Source: a virus. From it: DNA of 64,000 nucleotides. Shown here one piece after another: positions 38,485-48,262 of the stretch. A program made the position numbers and the translations under genes. Every line of letters begins with the position of its first letter. Position 1 is the stretch's first letter. The notes under the pieces were generated by a model. That model did not search any database. It saw only the letters and a program-made list of their open reading frames with translations, and had not been told where the DNA came from. The stretch is from positions 29,232-93,231 of the IMG/VR virus record IMGVR_UViG_3300037851_000865. One strand, given 5' to 3'.

Positions 38485-39834
38485 ATGTTGGACGCATTTC
38501 TCGCAGTGACCTGCGAACACGAAAAGAAGGCTGCTGCATACGACAGCATGGTGCAGGATTTCATGAAGCTCCCCATGTCGGAGCTCAAGAAGATTGCTTC
38601 GGGCAAGACGAAGCTCGCCTACCACGACGAGGAGTGGCTCGAGAAGTTCGAGGGCTCGCCGCTGTATGATGAAGCGCTTGCCCTTGAAGAGGCTTGTCTG
38701 AGTCTGGATATCGAACAGAAGCAGCGTGACATCGCGCGACAGGCTGAGCGCGCTGAAGACAGTGACCTCTGGAAGCAGCGTGATGCCATCAGCCTGAAGA
38801 AGCGCATTCTCGAGCTCGAGCTCACTAAGTCTCGTCTAGGTGCCGGTCACTCAGGCACTAAGGAGGACGAGAGTGAAGAGGAGGAGTACGAGACCGCCGT
38901 AGCCTCTCCTGCCGTGGAGGCTCGTACGAAGGAGGCCGGACTCATAACACGCGCAGGTAAAGCTCCTTCCGATATTATGGCGGAGCGTGAGGCACAAGGC
39001 AGAGGCCATGGAGGCAGCGTGGGGGCTAGTGCCGGTGCTTTGCTAGGAGCGCTGGAGGGTTTGCGTCGTTCGGGTATGCATGGTCTGCCTGCCTCCCTGG
39101 GGTATGCTGCCGGAGGAGCGGCGCTCGGTGGTCTTGGCGGGGGTCTGACCGGTTCTGCTCTTGGCGGACATATTGGACGCAATATAGCTGCTGCTGACCT
39201 TGAGGCGGCACGTTCTGGCGAAGCGTCGCTGGAAGAAGCAGATGAGCTGGACGCTGCTTTTGACCAGTACCGCAAAGCAACAAGTCACGAGCGCGACGTG
39301 GCAGCTCGTGGAGCTGCCTACGGCGTCCCCGTTGGGGCTCTTGCAGGCGCCTCGCTCAGCCATGCGCTGGGGGGCCGTCCTGGTGTAGGTGCTTTGCTGG
39401 GGGGCGGCGCAGGTTCTGTCATGGGAACGCTCGCTGGCGGCGCCATAGGTAGAAGGGGAGATAACGCCGCTGCCAGAGAGTTGGCTGATAAGCGTCTCAC
39501 GAAGGCTATGGAACACCTGGACCGAGAGCCGCAGAAGCTCGCTGGTATCTCCCAGGAAACCGTTGAGCAGATGCGTAAAGAAGCCTTTGGCGCCGCCATG
39601 ATGGCAGGGCTGAAGGGTCTCGGGCAGGGAGCTGCTACAATGGGCAAGGCCGTCCAGTCTGGCTTCGCTCGAAAAGGCATGGCGGGTGCCCTCAGTAATG
39701 CGAAGCGCCTTGGCGGTGCGCAGCTTGGGCAGGCCGCGAAGTGGGTAGGGCAGAACCCTGGCGCAGCTGCCGGTCTGGCAGGTGCAGGTCTTGCTGGTGC
39801 TGCCGGGGCGGGATACCTGGCAGGTCGTGACTGA
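38485..39834 (+). CDS. Putative internal/ejection protein with multiple glycine zippers
   Basis: 449 aa; EKKAA, KKIAS, TKLAY, TKEAG, QKLAG, RKEAF; about five Gly-zipper segments. Confidence 0.75.
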   Translation: MLDAFLAVTCEHEKKAAAYDSMVQDFMKLPMSELKKIASGKTKLAYHDEEWLEKFEGSPLYDEALALEEACLSLDIEQKQRDIARQAERAEDSDLWKQRDAISLKKRILELELTKSRLGAGHSGTKEDESEEEEYETAVASPAVEARTKEAGLITRAGKAPSDIMAEREAQGRGHGGSVGASAGALLGALEGLRRSGMHGLPASLGYAAGGAALGGLGGGLTGSALGGHIGRNIAAADLEAARSGEASLEEADELDAAFDQYRKATSHERDVAARGAAYGVPVGALAGASLSHALGGRPGVGALLGGGAGSVMGTLAGGAIGRRGDNAAARELADKRLTKAMEHLDREPQKLAGISQETVEQMRKEAFGAAMMAGLKGLGQGAATMGKAVQSGFARKGMAGALSNAKRLGGAQLGQAAKWVGQNPGAAAGLAGAGLAGAAGAGYLAGRD

Positions 39835-40751
39835 TGAGCTCATGCCCTCTCACCATCAAGAAGTTGAAGGTGCGCTCGCTCTCGGTCGACTTCAATGAAG
39901 TCTCCTGGGAAGTAGAAGCGACCACCATCGATGTTCTTGACTATACCTTTCAGGTCCTTCGTAGTGAGGGGCCTGAAGGGCCGTGGGATGAGTTGTCTCC
40001 GCAGTTCGAGGACCAATACCTGTACTTAGATGATGCTGTGATGAAGCAGCATAGGTACCGCCAGTGGTACTACAAGATTCGCGTCCGTAGGAAGAGCAGC
40101 CAACAGTACTGGGACTCTCCAGCAGCAGAACTGGGACAAGAGGAAGACCTCATTGCAGGCGAGCTTCGAACGCACATCAACATTCTGATGCGCGAGTTCA
40201 TCGGAGAGCGTTGCTGGGTTCTTCCTGTCCGCACATTCGGTACGCGTTGTAGTTGTTACAGCACAACGCTTCGAAACAAGACCCGTTCCGGCTGTCGGTT
40301 GTGTTGGGATACATCCTTCATTCGAGGGTACATGCACCCCATCGAGTCTTGGATTTCTTTTGACCCCAGCCCTGCGAACGAACAGTTCACATCTGTTGGC
40401 AAGCTTCAGCAGAATGAAACTACTGCCCGTATGGGTTATTTTCCGCCGCTCAAACCAGGTGACCTCATCGTATCGAGCGCAACTGTTCAGCGGTGGTCCG
40501 TAACGCAGGTCAGCGAGACGCGGCATGTTGGTACCCCTGTCCACCAGGAAGTACAGCTTCACGAAGTTCCTCAGACCGCCATCGAGTACGACATTCCCTT
40601 GAAGCTCTGCGATGAGCTTCGCAATCTATTTCTAAAGCCCGAGCGCCAATTCACCAATCCGACACAGCTCGATGCTTTGGATGATGAGGCGTATAACGGT
40701 ATCTTCAGTATCTACAACACCCACAATTGTGGAGACCCTCCATGTCGCTGA
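39834..40751 (+). CDS. Putative head-closure/neck protein with FN3-like N-terminus and Cys cluster
   Basis: VSWEV...YTFQVLRSEGPEGPW...YYKIRV; RCSC...CRLC; position between head and tail genes. Confidence 0.55.
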   Translation: MSSCPLTIKKLKVRSLSVDFNEVSWEVEATTIDVLDYTFQVLRSEGPEGPWDELSPQFEDQYLYLDDAVMKQHRYRQWYYKIRVRRKSSQQYWDSPAAELGQEEDLIAGELRTHINILMREFIGERCWVLPVRTFGTRCSCYSTTLRNKTRSGCRLCWDTSFIRGYMHPIESWISFDPSPANEQFTSVGKLQQNETTARMGYFPPLKPGDLIVSSATVQRWSVTQVSETRHVGTPVHQEVQLHEVPQTAIEYDIPLKLCDELRNLFLKPERQFTNPTQLDALDDEAYNGIFSIYNTHNCGDPPCR

Positions 40752-41077
40752 AGTACACCGAAGTCGCCTCCATGTCTCGTGAGTTTTCGAAGCTTGCTGA
40801 GGAGGATTCTCCTAAGAAGTTGCCCGAGCACCCCATGAAGACGTTCGCCAAGGGCGTAGGTGCGTATGGTCTCGGTACCGGCCTTGGCTATGGCGGCGTC
40901 ATGGCCGCTCGTCACTTCTACCCCGAGAGCACCTCCAAGCTTTTGCGCGGTCCTGGTGCAATGGTTCTTCCCGTCGCTACCGGTCTGGGTGCGCTTCTGT
41001 TTCACATCGGACAGGACGAAGGCTTTCATCGCATCCGAAAGTACCGCGATGCAAAGGACAAGCTAGATGACCGGTAA
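40742..41077 (+). CDS. Small protein: SKLA followed by two glycine-rich hydrophobic segments
   Basis: GVGAYGLGTGLGYGGVMAA and MVLPVATGLGALLF. Confidence 0.65.
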   Translation: MSLKYTEVASMSREFSKLAEEDSPKKLPEHPMKTFAKGVGAYGLGTGLGYGGVMAARHFYPESTSKLLRGPGAMVLPVATGLGALLFHIGQDEGFHRIRKYRDAKDKLDDR

Positions 41078-42011
41078 GCTGACAGAGACGGCAGCGATGC
41101 CGCAGTTCCCGGAGAGCAGCTTCAAGTACAACCCGCTGCTTCATGTCCGGGTGCTGTTCATTCGCTTTGTTCAGGGTCTGTTCTCTTCTGCTCCCTCTGG
41201 TTGTTACCGCTGGTCTGATGATGACGAGACCACCGAGCTCTACATCTCCGGCGAAGAGGAAATCTCCCCAGTGGTAGTGGAGAAAGTCCCCGCCATCTCT
41301 TTTGTCAGAGGTCCTGTGAGCTTTTACAGCCTCGGTATCGACGACATGGACGGGTACGACTTTGCTCTCGATAAGAAGACAAAGGACGTTCTGATTCCAG
41401 GAACAATGACCATCAATGCTGCTTCTCGTGCGTCGCTTGAGAGTGAGCAGATTGCATGGGTTGTTGCAGACCATATCTGGCTTCTTCGTGACCTCTTGAT
41501 GAAACTCGGCTTCTTCGAGATTGGTCGAGGTATTCAAGTAGGCGCGCCGTCAAAGGCCGGTTCTATTATCTCTGGTGACCGCGGTACCGAGTTCTTTGCC
41601 ACGTCTGTCAGTGTGCCGTTTCAGTTCTCGCGACGCTCTTCTTTCACACCGCTTGGTCTCGAGATTGCGCGCAACATTGACCAGCACTTGAATCTGCGGC
41701 CTGGGCTTCCCGTACGGAGCGAAGGAGCTCCTGGTACGTCTCAGCTGTCCCAAGGACAAGGGCATGAGGTACCCGTTGGGTACAAGTACACATTCCCTGA
41801 ATCCTTCGCGCCACAAGCGCGCGACCTGAAGCAACCGATTACAGCACTTCAACCTCACCCTCTGAACCCTTCGCAGATGGTCTGCGTGAGAACGGTGAGA
41901 CCAAACAGGGCGGGCGCGAACCTCCACCTCAGCAGGGCTGCTATTCCCATACAGCAACCATGCGTGGAACAATCTTCGTTACAAGCCCCGGCATTTGAGC
42001 AGAAAGGCTAA
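41067..42011 (+). CDS. Putative tail-completion/terminator protein
   Basis: 314 aa; position before the sheath; beta-strand pattern IPGTMTINAAS...SVSVPFQF. Confidence 0.5.
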   Translation: MTGKLTETAAMPQFPESSFKYNPLLHVRVLFIRFVQGLFSSAPSGCYRWSDDDETTELYISGEEEISPVVVEKVPAISFVRGPVSFYSLGIDDMDGYDFALDKKTKDVLIPGTMTINAASRASLESEQIAWVVADHIWLLRDLLMKLGFFEIGRGIQVGAPSKAGSIISGDRGTEFFATSVSVPFQFSRRSSFTPLGLEIARNIDQHLNLRPGLPVRSEGAPGTSQLSQGQGHEVPVGYKYTFPESFAPQARDLKQPITALQPHPLNPSQMVCVRTVRPNRAGANLHLSRAAIPIQQPCVEQSSLQAPAFEQKG

Positions 42012-42016
42012 GAACA

Positions 42017-42652
42017 GTGGCAGAGAGGAGCAAGAAGCACTACCGCTCCCGCAAGCAAGCGGGAGGATGCGTTCGTTGCCGCGAAGAAGCGGTACCGGGC
42101 AAAGTGCTGTGCTCTTCCTGCAGCACGCAGCGCTTAGCCGAAAAAGTCCCTAAAGGGTTGTGCAGGGATTGTCGCACCCCTGTGACCGACGCTAGTCGAT
42201 GCGCTAAGTGCAAAGACAAGGCACATAAGAGCTACCGTCGGCGAATTGCTGAGGGGGTGTGCGCAAAGTGCAGAAACGCCGCAGTAGCTGGTGCGTTTTG
42301 TCTGGAGCACTGGTTCGCGAATATCGGCCTAGCGCACGGCCTCACCAAGAAAAATGGAGGGGTGCGTCTTCTGCAAGAGCTGTGGGCGGAGCAGAAGGGG
42401 CTGTGTGCTGTTACGGGAGTAAGGCTGGTCCCTGGCACCAACGCCAGCGTAGACCATTTGGTACCAAAGGTCCGCGGTGGAGGCAGCAGCAAGGGCAATC
42501 TGAGATGGGTCACGCTTCACGTTAACCGCATGAAGTGGGACATGTCCGATATAGAGTTTGTGGCTATGTGCGTTACAATCGTGCGCGCAGCCGGTCATGT
42601 GGTCGTAGATACGCGCACCGAGGCCGCCTCGGTAGATACAAGGAGCAACTAA
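42017..42652 (+). CDS. HNH endonuclease with N-terminal Cys-rich repeats (free-standing homing endonuclease)
   Basis: SVDHLVPKVRGGGSSKGNLRWVTLHVNRMK; five CxxC-type units N-terminal. Confidence 0.85.
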   Translation: MAERSKKHYRSRKQAGGCVRCREEAVPGKVLCSSCSTQRLAEKVPKGLCRDCRTPVTDASRCAKCKDKAHKSYRRRIAEGVCAKCRNAAVAGAFCLEHWFANIGLAHGLTKKNGGVRLLQELWAEQKGLCAVTGVRLVPGTNASVDHLVPKVRGGGSSKGNLRWVTLHVNRMKWDMSDIEFVAMCVTIVRAAGHVVVDTRTEAASVDTRSN

Positions 42653-42653
42653 A

Positions 42654-45600
42654 GTGGCAGACGAACTAGCCAGGCCTGGGGTTGAGGTCATCCAGGAGTT
42701 TCGCACGGTAACTCCGTCCATCATTACTCCCACGCTGGTACCGAACGTTCTCGGCGTGGCGAAGCAGATTGTTGAAGTACAGATTCCCAACGGCTCGGGC
42801 GGCGTTCAGTTGAACCCGAATGCGCTTGTGGTGATGCCTGCTTTCTTCATCGCCGCCCCAGGTAGTGGCAATCCTTTGCGCTACACAGGTCTTGGTGGGC
42901 TCCTGCTTGTCATCTCCGCAAATGAGTCCCCTGACATCACCCTGGTCTTCAGTGACCCTACGGCTTTTGGCCTGACACCGGCTACCGTGGTCGACCAAAT
43001 CAACAAGCAGCTTGCAGCGCAGCTTGTCACGTCTGTGGTCGCCGAGACGGTCGGCGCAGATACTTGGCAGCTCCGCACTGTCGGTGTTGGTGAGTTCCAG
43101 TCCATCGCTGTGGTCGCTGGAACGTCGCCTGTGGTGGCGAGCACCTTCGGTCTCGGTATCGGTCAGACGTATCTGGGGCTCACCTCGTACAACCAGTACG
43201 CGGTGGTCATCCCCCCGACGTCACTGCCGGACCCGAACAACAACCTCGACGAGCTTGCAGTAGAAGCATCCACCGTCCGGGTGTTCCTCTCGACAGGTTC
43301 TGGCGGGCTTCAGGAAGCACTTCGCACCAGCTCCTTCTTGAGCCGCGGTGAGGTGTCCTGGCCAGGTCAGACGACTGAGGGTACAGTCAACCTTACTGGT
43401 CCGTTCCCCTTCTTCTCGGGCCAGGTCATCTGGGTACGCACTGAGGTGGGGGAGATTCAGGTCGTTGCTATCCCGGCAACCGTCAACACGTCTGCCCAGC
43501 TGCTCGCCCTGCTTAACGGCATGTCCGGTCTGGTCGGCATCACGGCGTCCCTTGGGGCCGGCAATGGTCTGGTTCTGACACGCAGCACAGGTGAGGGCGG
43601 CCAGAGCTCGTTCGTTGAGATTCTGCAGCCCGACGTCAACTCCGCAAACCTTCTGCTCGGGCTCACCCCGCAGAAGGCGGAGGGCGTCAGCATCGCGGTC
43701 ATCGACGACGGCAACGGGGACGCCATCAGTCCCTTGGTGCAGTTCGACGGGCTCGACTTCACCACACCCGGAGGCACTGCGGTTCTTTCGGGCGGCGGTG
43801 CTGTAGACTTTCCGCTTCTCGCTAACACCACCCTGGTGCTTAGTGACGGCGGGCAGCCTCAGACCATCGACTTCGGGGCAACTCCTCCGGCAAACATGAC
43901 GCAGCTCAAGGCTGCCATCGAAGCAGTTGTGGGTCCTGTCGCTGGCGGGAACATCGTTGTTACGTCCCCTTCGCCGAACCTCATTCTCACCAACACGCTC
44001 CTGGGTGACCAGTCGTTCGTGCAGGTGATTGGAGGCACGGCTTTGCCGAAGCTCGACAGCGGTACGACTGTCGCGTCGTCGTCAGAGGGCTCGGTCAGCC
44101 TCAACCCGAACTTGCCGGCAACCACCACGGAGGGCACCGTCAATCTGGCGGACGGCATCACCTTCCCTGTGCTTGGTACGCAGACCTTCAGCATCAATAT
44201 CGGTGGCGGCCCCATCCTGGTGACGCTTGCTAGCGAAGCAACGTTTGCTGCGCTGAAGGCCAACATCGAAGGCACCATCGGCCTGGTCGGCCAGATTGTT
44301 GTAACCCGTGCGTCAGGCACCACGGGCGGTATGGTCATCAAGACAGTTGCTACTGGAGGTGCGGCGACCATCACGGTAACCGAAGGCACTGGTGCAGCTG
44401 CTCTCCTCGGCCTCGCGCTGGAGACCGTGCTCGGTGTGACTGTGTTCCCGACCATTGCCGCGCAGACCTTCAGTGTTGATGTGGACGGCGCAGGTCCTAC
44501 GCTGGTCACGCTGGCAAGTGAGACCAACTTTGCTGCCGTCAAGGCGAACATCGAAGGCGTAGTTACCGACGTTGTGGTCACACAGGGGCCGAACGGAGGC
44601 ATCGTCATCTCAGGCGACGGCACATCCGTCGGCGTCGGCAACACCATCGAGATTATCGAAGGTGCTGGCGGCGCGGCTCTCCTGGGACTCCCGGTCGGTA
44701 CTGTGTTCGCAGGCAACGGTGAGCTCATTGTGGCTGGTGCTTCGGCAAACGGTGCTCCGTTCCCGCCGGCTCCCGGCGACCAGCTCTACATCGATGGCGT
44801 GTATTTCGCAGACATCACCAAGGTCGCTCCTGGCGGTCTCTCGGATGTTCTTCGAATCAATCGCCAGGTCCCCATCGACGTCAACATCGGCCAGTACTTC
44901 TACCTCGTTGCGAAGAATCTGGTTGCTGGTGACCCGCTGAATGGCGTGACTCGTCCGTTCCCGGACCTCATCGTTGATGGGGCCAACAACCTCCTCTTGA
45001 AGCCCAATCAGCTTCGGGACATCCGAGGCGTTCCGGTCCCCAGCAAGGCACCGCTCTACGTGGCCTACTCGGCCGTCCGTCAGGACGTTACCGCTCTGGC
45101 GGCACAGCCTGGTCTCCTTCGCTTCAACGACACACTATCACTCGAGCAGACGCTTTCGCCCATCAACACCGACAACCCTCTCGCTCTCGGGCTCTTCTTC
45201 GCGCTCGTGAACGCCCCGGGTATCGAGGTGACGGGGCTTGGCGTTGATGCTGTGAGCGCAGATGCTCCGTACGGCACGGTCGAGGCCTTCACCCGCGCTT
45301 TCGAGTACCTCGAGAGCTTTGAGGTGTACGCCATCGCACCGCTGACGCACGACCAGACGGTTGCTCAAGTGGCCAACACCCACGTCAACTTCATGTCGAG
45401 TCCGACCCAGAAGGGCGAGCGTATCACCCTCTGGAATCCCGAGACTCCCACACGCGAAGTGGACAAGCTCGTGGCTTCCGGCACCGACGGTGATGCTCTG
45501 ACCACGGTGACCTTCGATACGAAGGTTGCTGGTTTGTCTGCGCTGCTCAACAACGCAGGCGTCAACCCAGTGGGCATCATCCCGACCACCGCAGGTGTGT

Positions 45601-46442
45601 TCCTGGATATCGCAGGCGATGACAGTGCCTACTCGGTCGAGAGTATCTCGGGCGGCGTGGTTACTATTCGCACGCTCTTCCAGGCAGGCACCAACGACGA
45701 TTCGTTCTACTCCACGACTCCTCTAAGTCTGCCCATCATCTCAACCGCGTTCGCTATTCGTGTACGCGGCTCTGAGCTTGTGACGACCGCGGGTACGACG
45801 GACAAGCCTCGAGTCGCGACCACGGTCGCAGCACTCGGAAAGTCTTTCCAGAATCGTCGGTTCTGGATGACCTTCCCCGATGCTTGCGGTGCAACCATCG
45901 AAGGGCTCGAGCAGCGCATCGAGGGCTTCTACATGAATGCCGCCATCGTCGGCATGATTGGACAGCAGCCTCCGCAGCAGTCGTTCACCAACTATCCGAT
46001 GGCGGGCTTCACGCGCGTCTTCGGGTCGAACGACACCTTCTCGGAGAGCCAGCTGAACCAGATGGCGGCCGGCGGTGCGTATGTCATCGTGCAGGACACC
46101 CCTGGGGCACCGCTCACGAGCCGCATGGCGCTGACCACGGACCTCACGTCCATTGAAACTCGTACGGACTCCATCACAAAGGTGGTGGACTTCACGGCGA
46201 AGTTCATGCGGCGCGGTCTGCGCAACTTCATCGGGCGGTTCAATATCACGCAGGGCTTCCTCGACACCCTCGGCTCTGTCATTCAGGGTCTCGGCGGGTT
46301 CCTCGTGGAGACCGGCGTACTCATCGGGCTCACCTTGAACAACCTTGTTCAAGACGAAGACGCTCGCGACACCGTGCTGGTCGATTGTACTCTCGACCCG
46401 CCCTACCCATGTAACTACATCCGTCTGACCCTCGTGGTGTGA
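42654..46442 (+). CDS. Contractile tail sheath protein with large repeated insertion domains (1262 aa)
   Basis: N-term ELARPGVEVIQE; C-term sheath core (FEYLESFEVYAIAPL...SITKVVDFTAK...VLVDCTLDPPYPCNYIRLTL); precedes the tube gene. Confidence 0.88.
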   Translation: MADELARPGVEVIQEFRTVTPSIITPTLVPNVLGVAKQIVEVQIPNGSGGVQLNPNALVVMPAFFIAAPGSGNPLRYTGLGGLLLVISANESPDITLVFSDPTAFGLTPATVVDQINKQLAAQLVTSVVAETVGADTWQLRTVGVGEFQSIAVVAGTSPVVASTFGLGIGQTYLGLTSYNQYAVVIPPTSLPDPNNNLDELAVEASTVRVFLSTGSGGLQEALRTSSFLSRGEVSWPGQTTEGTVNLTGPFPFFSGQVIWVRTEVGEIQVVAIPATVNTSAQLLALLNGMSGLVGITASLGAGNGLVLTRSTGEGGQSSFVEILQPDVNSANLLLGLTPQKAEGVSIAVIDDGNGDAISPLVQFDGLDFTTPGGTAVLSGGGAVDFPLLANTTLVLSDGGQPQTIDFGATPPANMTQLKAAIEAVVGPVAGGNIVVTSPSPNLILTNTLLGDQSFVQVIGGTALPKLDSGTTVASSSEGSVSLNPNLPATTTEGTVNLADGITFPVLGTQTFSINIGGGPILVTLASEATFAALKANIEGTIGLVGQIVVTRASGTTGGMVIKTVATGGAATITVTEGTGAAALLGLALETVLGVTVFPTIAAQTFSVDVDGAGPTLVTLASETNFAAVKANIEGVVTDVVVTQGPNGGIVISGDGTSVGVGNTIEIIEGAGGAALLGLPVGTVFAGNGELIVAGASANGAPFPPAPGDQLYIDGVYFADITKVAPGGLSDVLRINRQVPIDVNIGQYFYLVAKNLVAGDPLNGVTRPFPDLIVDGANNLLLKPNQLRDIRGVPVPSKAPLYVAYSAVRQDVTALAAQPGLLRFNDTLSLEQTLSPINTDNPLALGLFFALVNAPGIEVTGLGVDAVSADAPYGTVEAFTRAFEYLESFEVYAIAPLTHDQTVAQVANTHVNFMSSPTQKGERITLWNPETPTREVDKLVASGTDGDALTTVTFDTKVAGLSALLNNAGVNPVGIIPTTAGVFLDIAGDDSAYSVESISGGVVTIRTLFQAGTNDDSFYSTTPLSLPIISTAFAIRVRGSELVTTAGTTDKPRVATTVAALGKSFQNRRFWMTFPDACGATIEGLEQRIEGFYMNAAIVGMIGQQPPQQSFTNYPMAGFTRVFGSNDTFSESQLNQMAAGGAYVIVQDTPGAPLTSRMALTTDLTSIETRTDSITKVVDFTAKFMRRGLRNFIGRFNITQGFLDTLGSVIQGLGGFLVETGVLIGLTLNNLVQDEDARDTVLVDCTLDPPYPCNYIRLTLVV

Positions 46443-46473
46443 TGCGGTAAGATAAGGCAAGGAGACCGACAAA

Positions 46474-47238
46474 ATGGCAGGTAACTTCAGCGACTGGTCG
46501 CCCTATACCAACTATGTCCAAGCAGGCATGTTGGACGGCCAGTACGTCAACGCAGCACACACACTTCTTGCCGCCGGCCCGCCGCGCATCGCCAACATCG
46601 GCGGTGTTGCGGCCTTTGCCCAGGCGGTGAGCGGCAGCGGACAGGCAGCGAATCAAATCGTTCTGCCTATCGGCATCGTTCAGAACTTCAGCGTCAGCCA
46701 CAACCGGCAGTTCAGCCGTATCTTCGAAATCGGTTCGGAGCGCAGCTACTACATCTCCGGTCGTACGGTGGGGCAGATTGGTCTGGGACGCGTGTACTAC
46801 CACGGAGCATCACTGCTTCGCATCATGTACGCGTATTACCAGGACCTCATCCCTCCGACGGTCGTACCCTCGATGTGGCCGAACTCTGGCGCTGCTTCTA
46901 CCGCCAACCCGCACGATGTGGTTGTGCCTCCTGGTTACGAGAACATCTTCTTGAACCTGGCGTCCGACCTCTTTGCGCAGCCGGTCGGTATGCTGATGTA
47001 CATCCGGGACATCAACCAGGACGCGCTGGGTGCCGGTTACTTCGAAGCCTGCTACTTGCCGAACCACAGCATGTCCACGGACTCGCAGGGCGTGCTCGTA
47101 CAGGAGCAGGTCGGTATTCAGTTCGAGCGCATGGTGCCTGTCGCTATCTCGAGCCTCACCCTCATCTCGAACGGCAGTTCGCAGAACGCAGGCGGAGCAA
47201 ATCTCAGTGAAACGTACCTAGGCATTCCTGGGTCCTAA
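46474..47238 (+). CDS. Tail tube protein
   Basis: PIGIVQNFSVSHNRQFSRIFEIGSERSYYISGR pattern; directly after the sheath. Confidence 0.8.
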   Translation: MAGNFSDWSPYTNYVQAGMLDGQYVNAAHTLLAAGPPRIANIGGVAAFAQAVSGSGQAANQIVLPIGIVQNFSVSHNRQFSRIFEIGSERSYYISGRTVGQIGLGRVYYHGASLLRIMYAYYQDLIPPTVVPSMWPNSGAASTANPHDVVVPPGYENIFLNLASDLFAQPVGMLMYIRDINQDALGAGYFEACYLPNHSMSTDSQGVLVQEQVGIQFERMVPVAISSLTLISNGSSQNAGGANLSETYLGIPGS

Positions 47239-47250
47239 TAGGAGCACGAC

Positions 47251-47643
47251 ATGGCTGTTGCACCTTTTTCGTATCTTGCTCAGATTCAGTTCCCGCCGGA
47301 CGTTGGGGCACCCAACGTTCAGATTCCGGTGAGCCTCTCTGGTCAGTTTGAGTCGGCTTCCACCTTCGTCTACAAGTTGACGGGGGTGGGTTCTCAGGCT
47401 GTGGACTTCGGCACCATTTTTCCGAATGGCGCCAAGCTCATTTCCATCGAGGTCGACGCGGACCCCAGTCCAGCAGCACAGCCCATTGTAGTTACATTCA
47501 ATGGGTCCCTCACTGGTGGCGTTGAAATCTCTCCTGGAGGTTTCATGACCGTCGGCAGTCCGAAACCCACCGCTGCTGGTGTGCTTTCTATGCTCATCAC
47601 GCATGCGGCTGATGTTTGTGTCCGCGTGCGCGTGTTGGGCTAA
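47251..47643 (+). CDS. Putative virion structural protein (beta-rich)
   Basis: 130 aa, AGGAG RBS. Confidence 0.6.
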   Translation: MAVAPFSYLAQIQFPPDVGAPNVQIPVSLSGQFESASTFVYKLTGVGSQAVDFGTIFPNGAKLISIEVDADPSPAAQPIVVTFNGSLTGGVEISPGGFMTVGSPKPTAAGVLSMLITHAADVCVRVRVLG

Positions 47644-47646
47644 AGC

Positions 47647-47982
47647 ATGGAACAGAAAGTACTCGACACTGGCGTGAAGGCTGGGCTCTCCATCGTGGAG
47701 TCCAGCCTTCTTGGCGCTTTCGCTGTGCTTTGTCTTACAGTCGCTGTGTTTTGTGTCGTACTTACCTTTAGGACACAAAACGCCCGAGTGGCCGACCAAA
47801 AAGCGCTTTCTGAAAAACTTGAGGCTCTTATTGAAAAACAGGCTGACTTCAACACCAAAACGACGTCTGCCATCGAAAAGTTGAACGACTCTGAGCGCCA
47901 GCAAGTTACACTCCTCACGGAGTTAAAGCTGCAGATGCAAAACATCTCACTAGGACTGATGACTCGTGGAAGGAATAGCTGA
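47647..47982 (+). CDS. Membrane protein (one TM helix plus coiled coil); holin-like candidate
   Basis: LLGAFAVLCLTVAVFCVVLTF followed by a coiled coil. Confidence 0.55.
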   Translation: MEQKVLDTGVKAGLSIVESSLLGAFAVLCLTVAVFCVVLTFRTQNARVADQKALSEKLEALIEKQADFNTKTTSAIEKLNDSERQQVTLLTELKLQMQNISLGLMTRGRNS

Positions 47983-47986
47983 ACCA

Positions 47987-48262
47987 ATGGCGTTCGTGAC
48001 GTTTCTCAAGCGCTTAGTCGGTCAAGACCAAGAAGCGATTGATACAGAGAGACGTTTCAAAGCGCGTCTGCAAGATGTCGACGACCGCACCAGTGAGCTG
48101 GCCGCTGCCAGTAAAGCTATAGAAGCAATCCTGTGTTCCGTTGAGACCAAGAGCGAGAACATAGCGATATCCGTAGCCAGCTCTGGGGTTTCTGGGGAGC
48201 ACCGTATTACACTGCCTGCTGAGCAAGCAGGAGTAAGAGACGATGCACGAGAAGATATCTGA
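47987..48262 (+). CDS. Small coiled-coil hypothetical protein
   Basis: 91 aa from ATG 47987. Confidence 0.55.
   Translation: MAFVTFLKRLVGQDQEAIDTERRFKARLQDVDDRTSELAAASKAIEAILCSVETKSENIAISVASSGVSGEHRITLPAEQAGVRDDAREDI

Noticed and set aside
42654-47238. Extracellular contractile injection system or tailocin
   Set aside because: Portal, terminase, protease and capsid genes are present, so this is a complete phage
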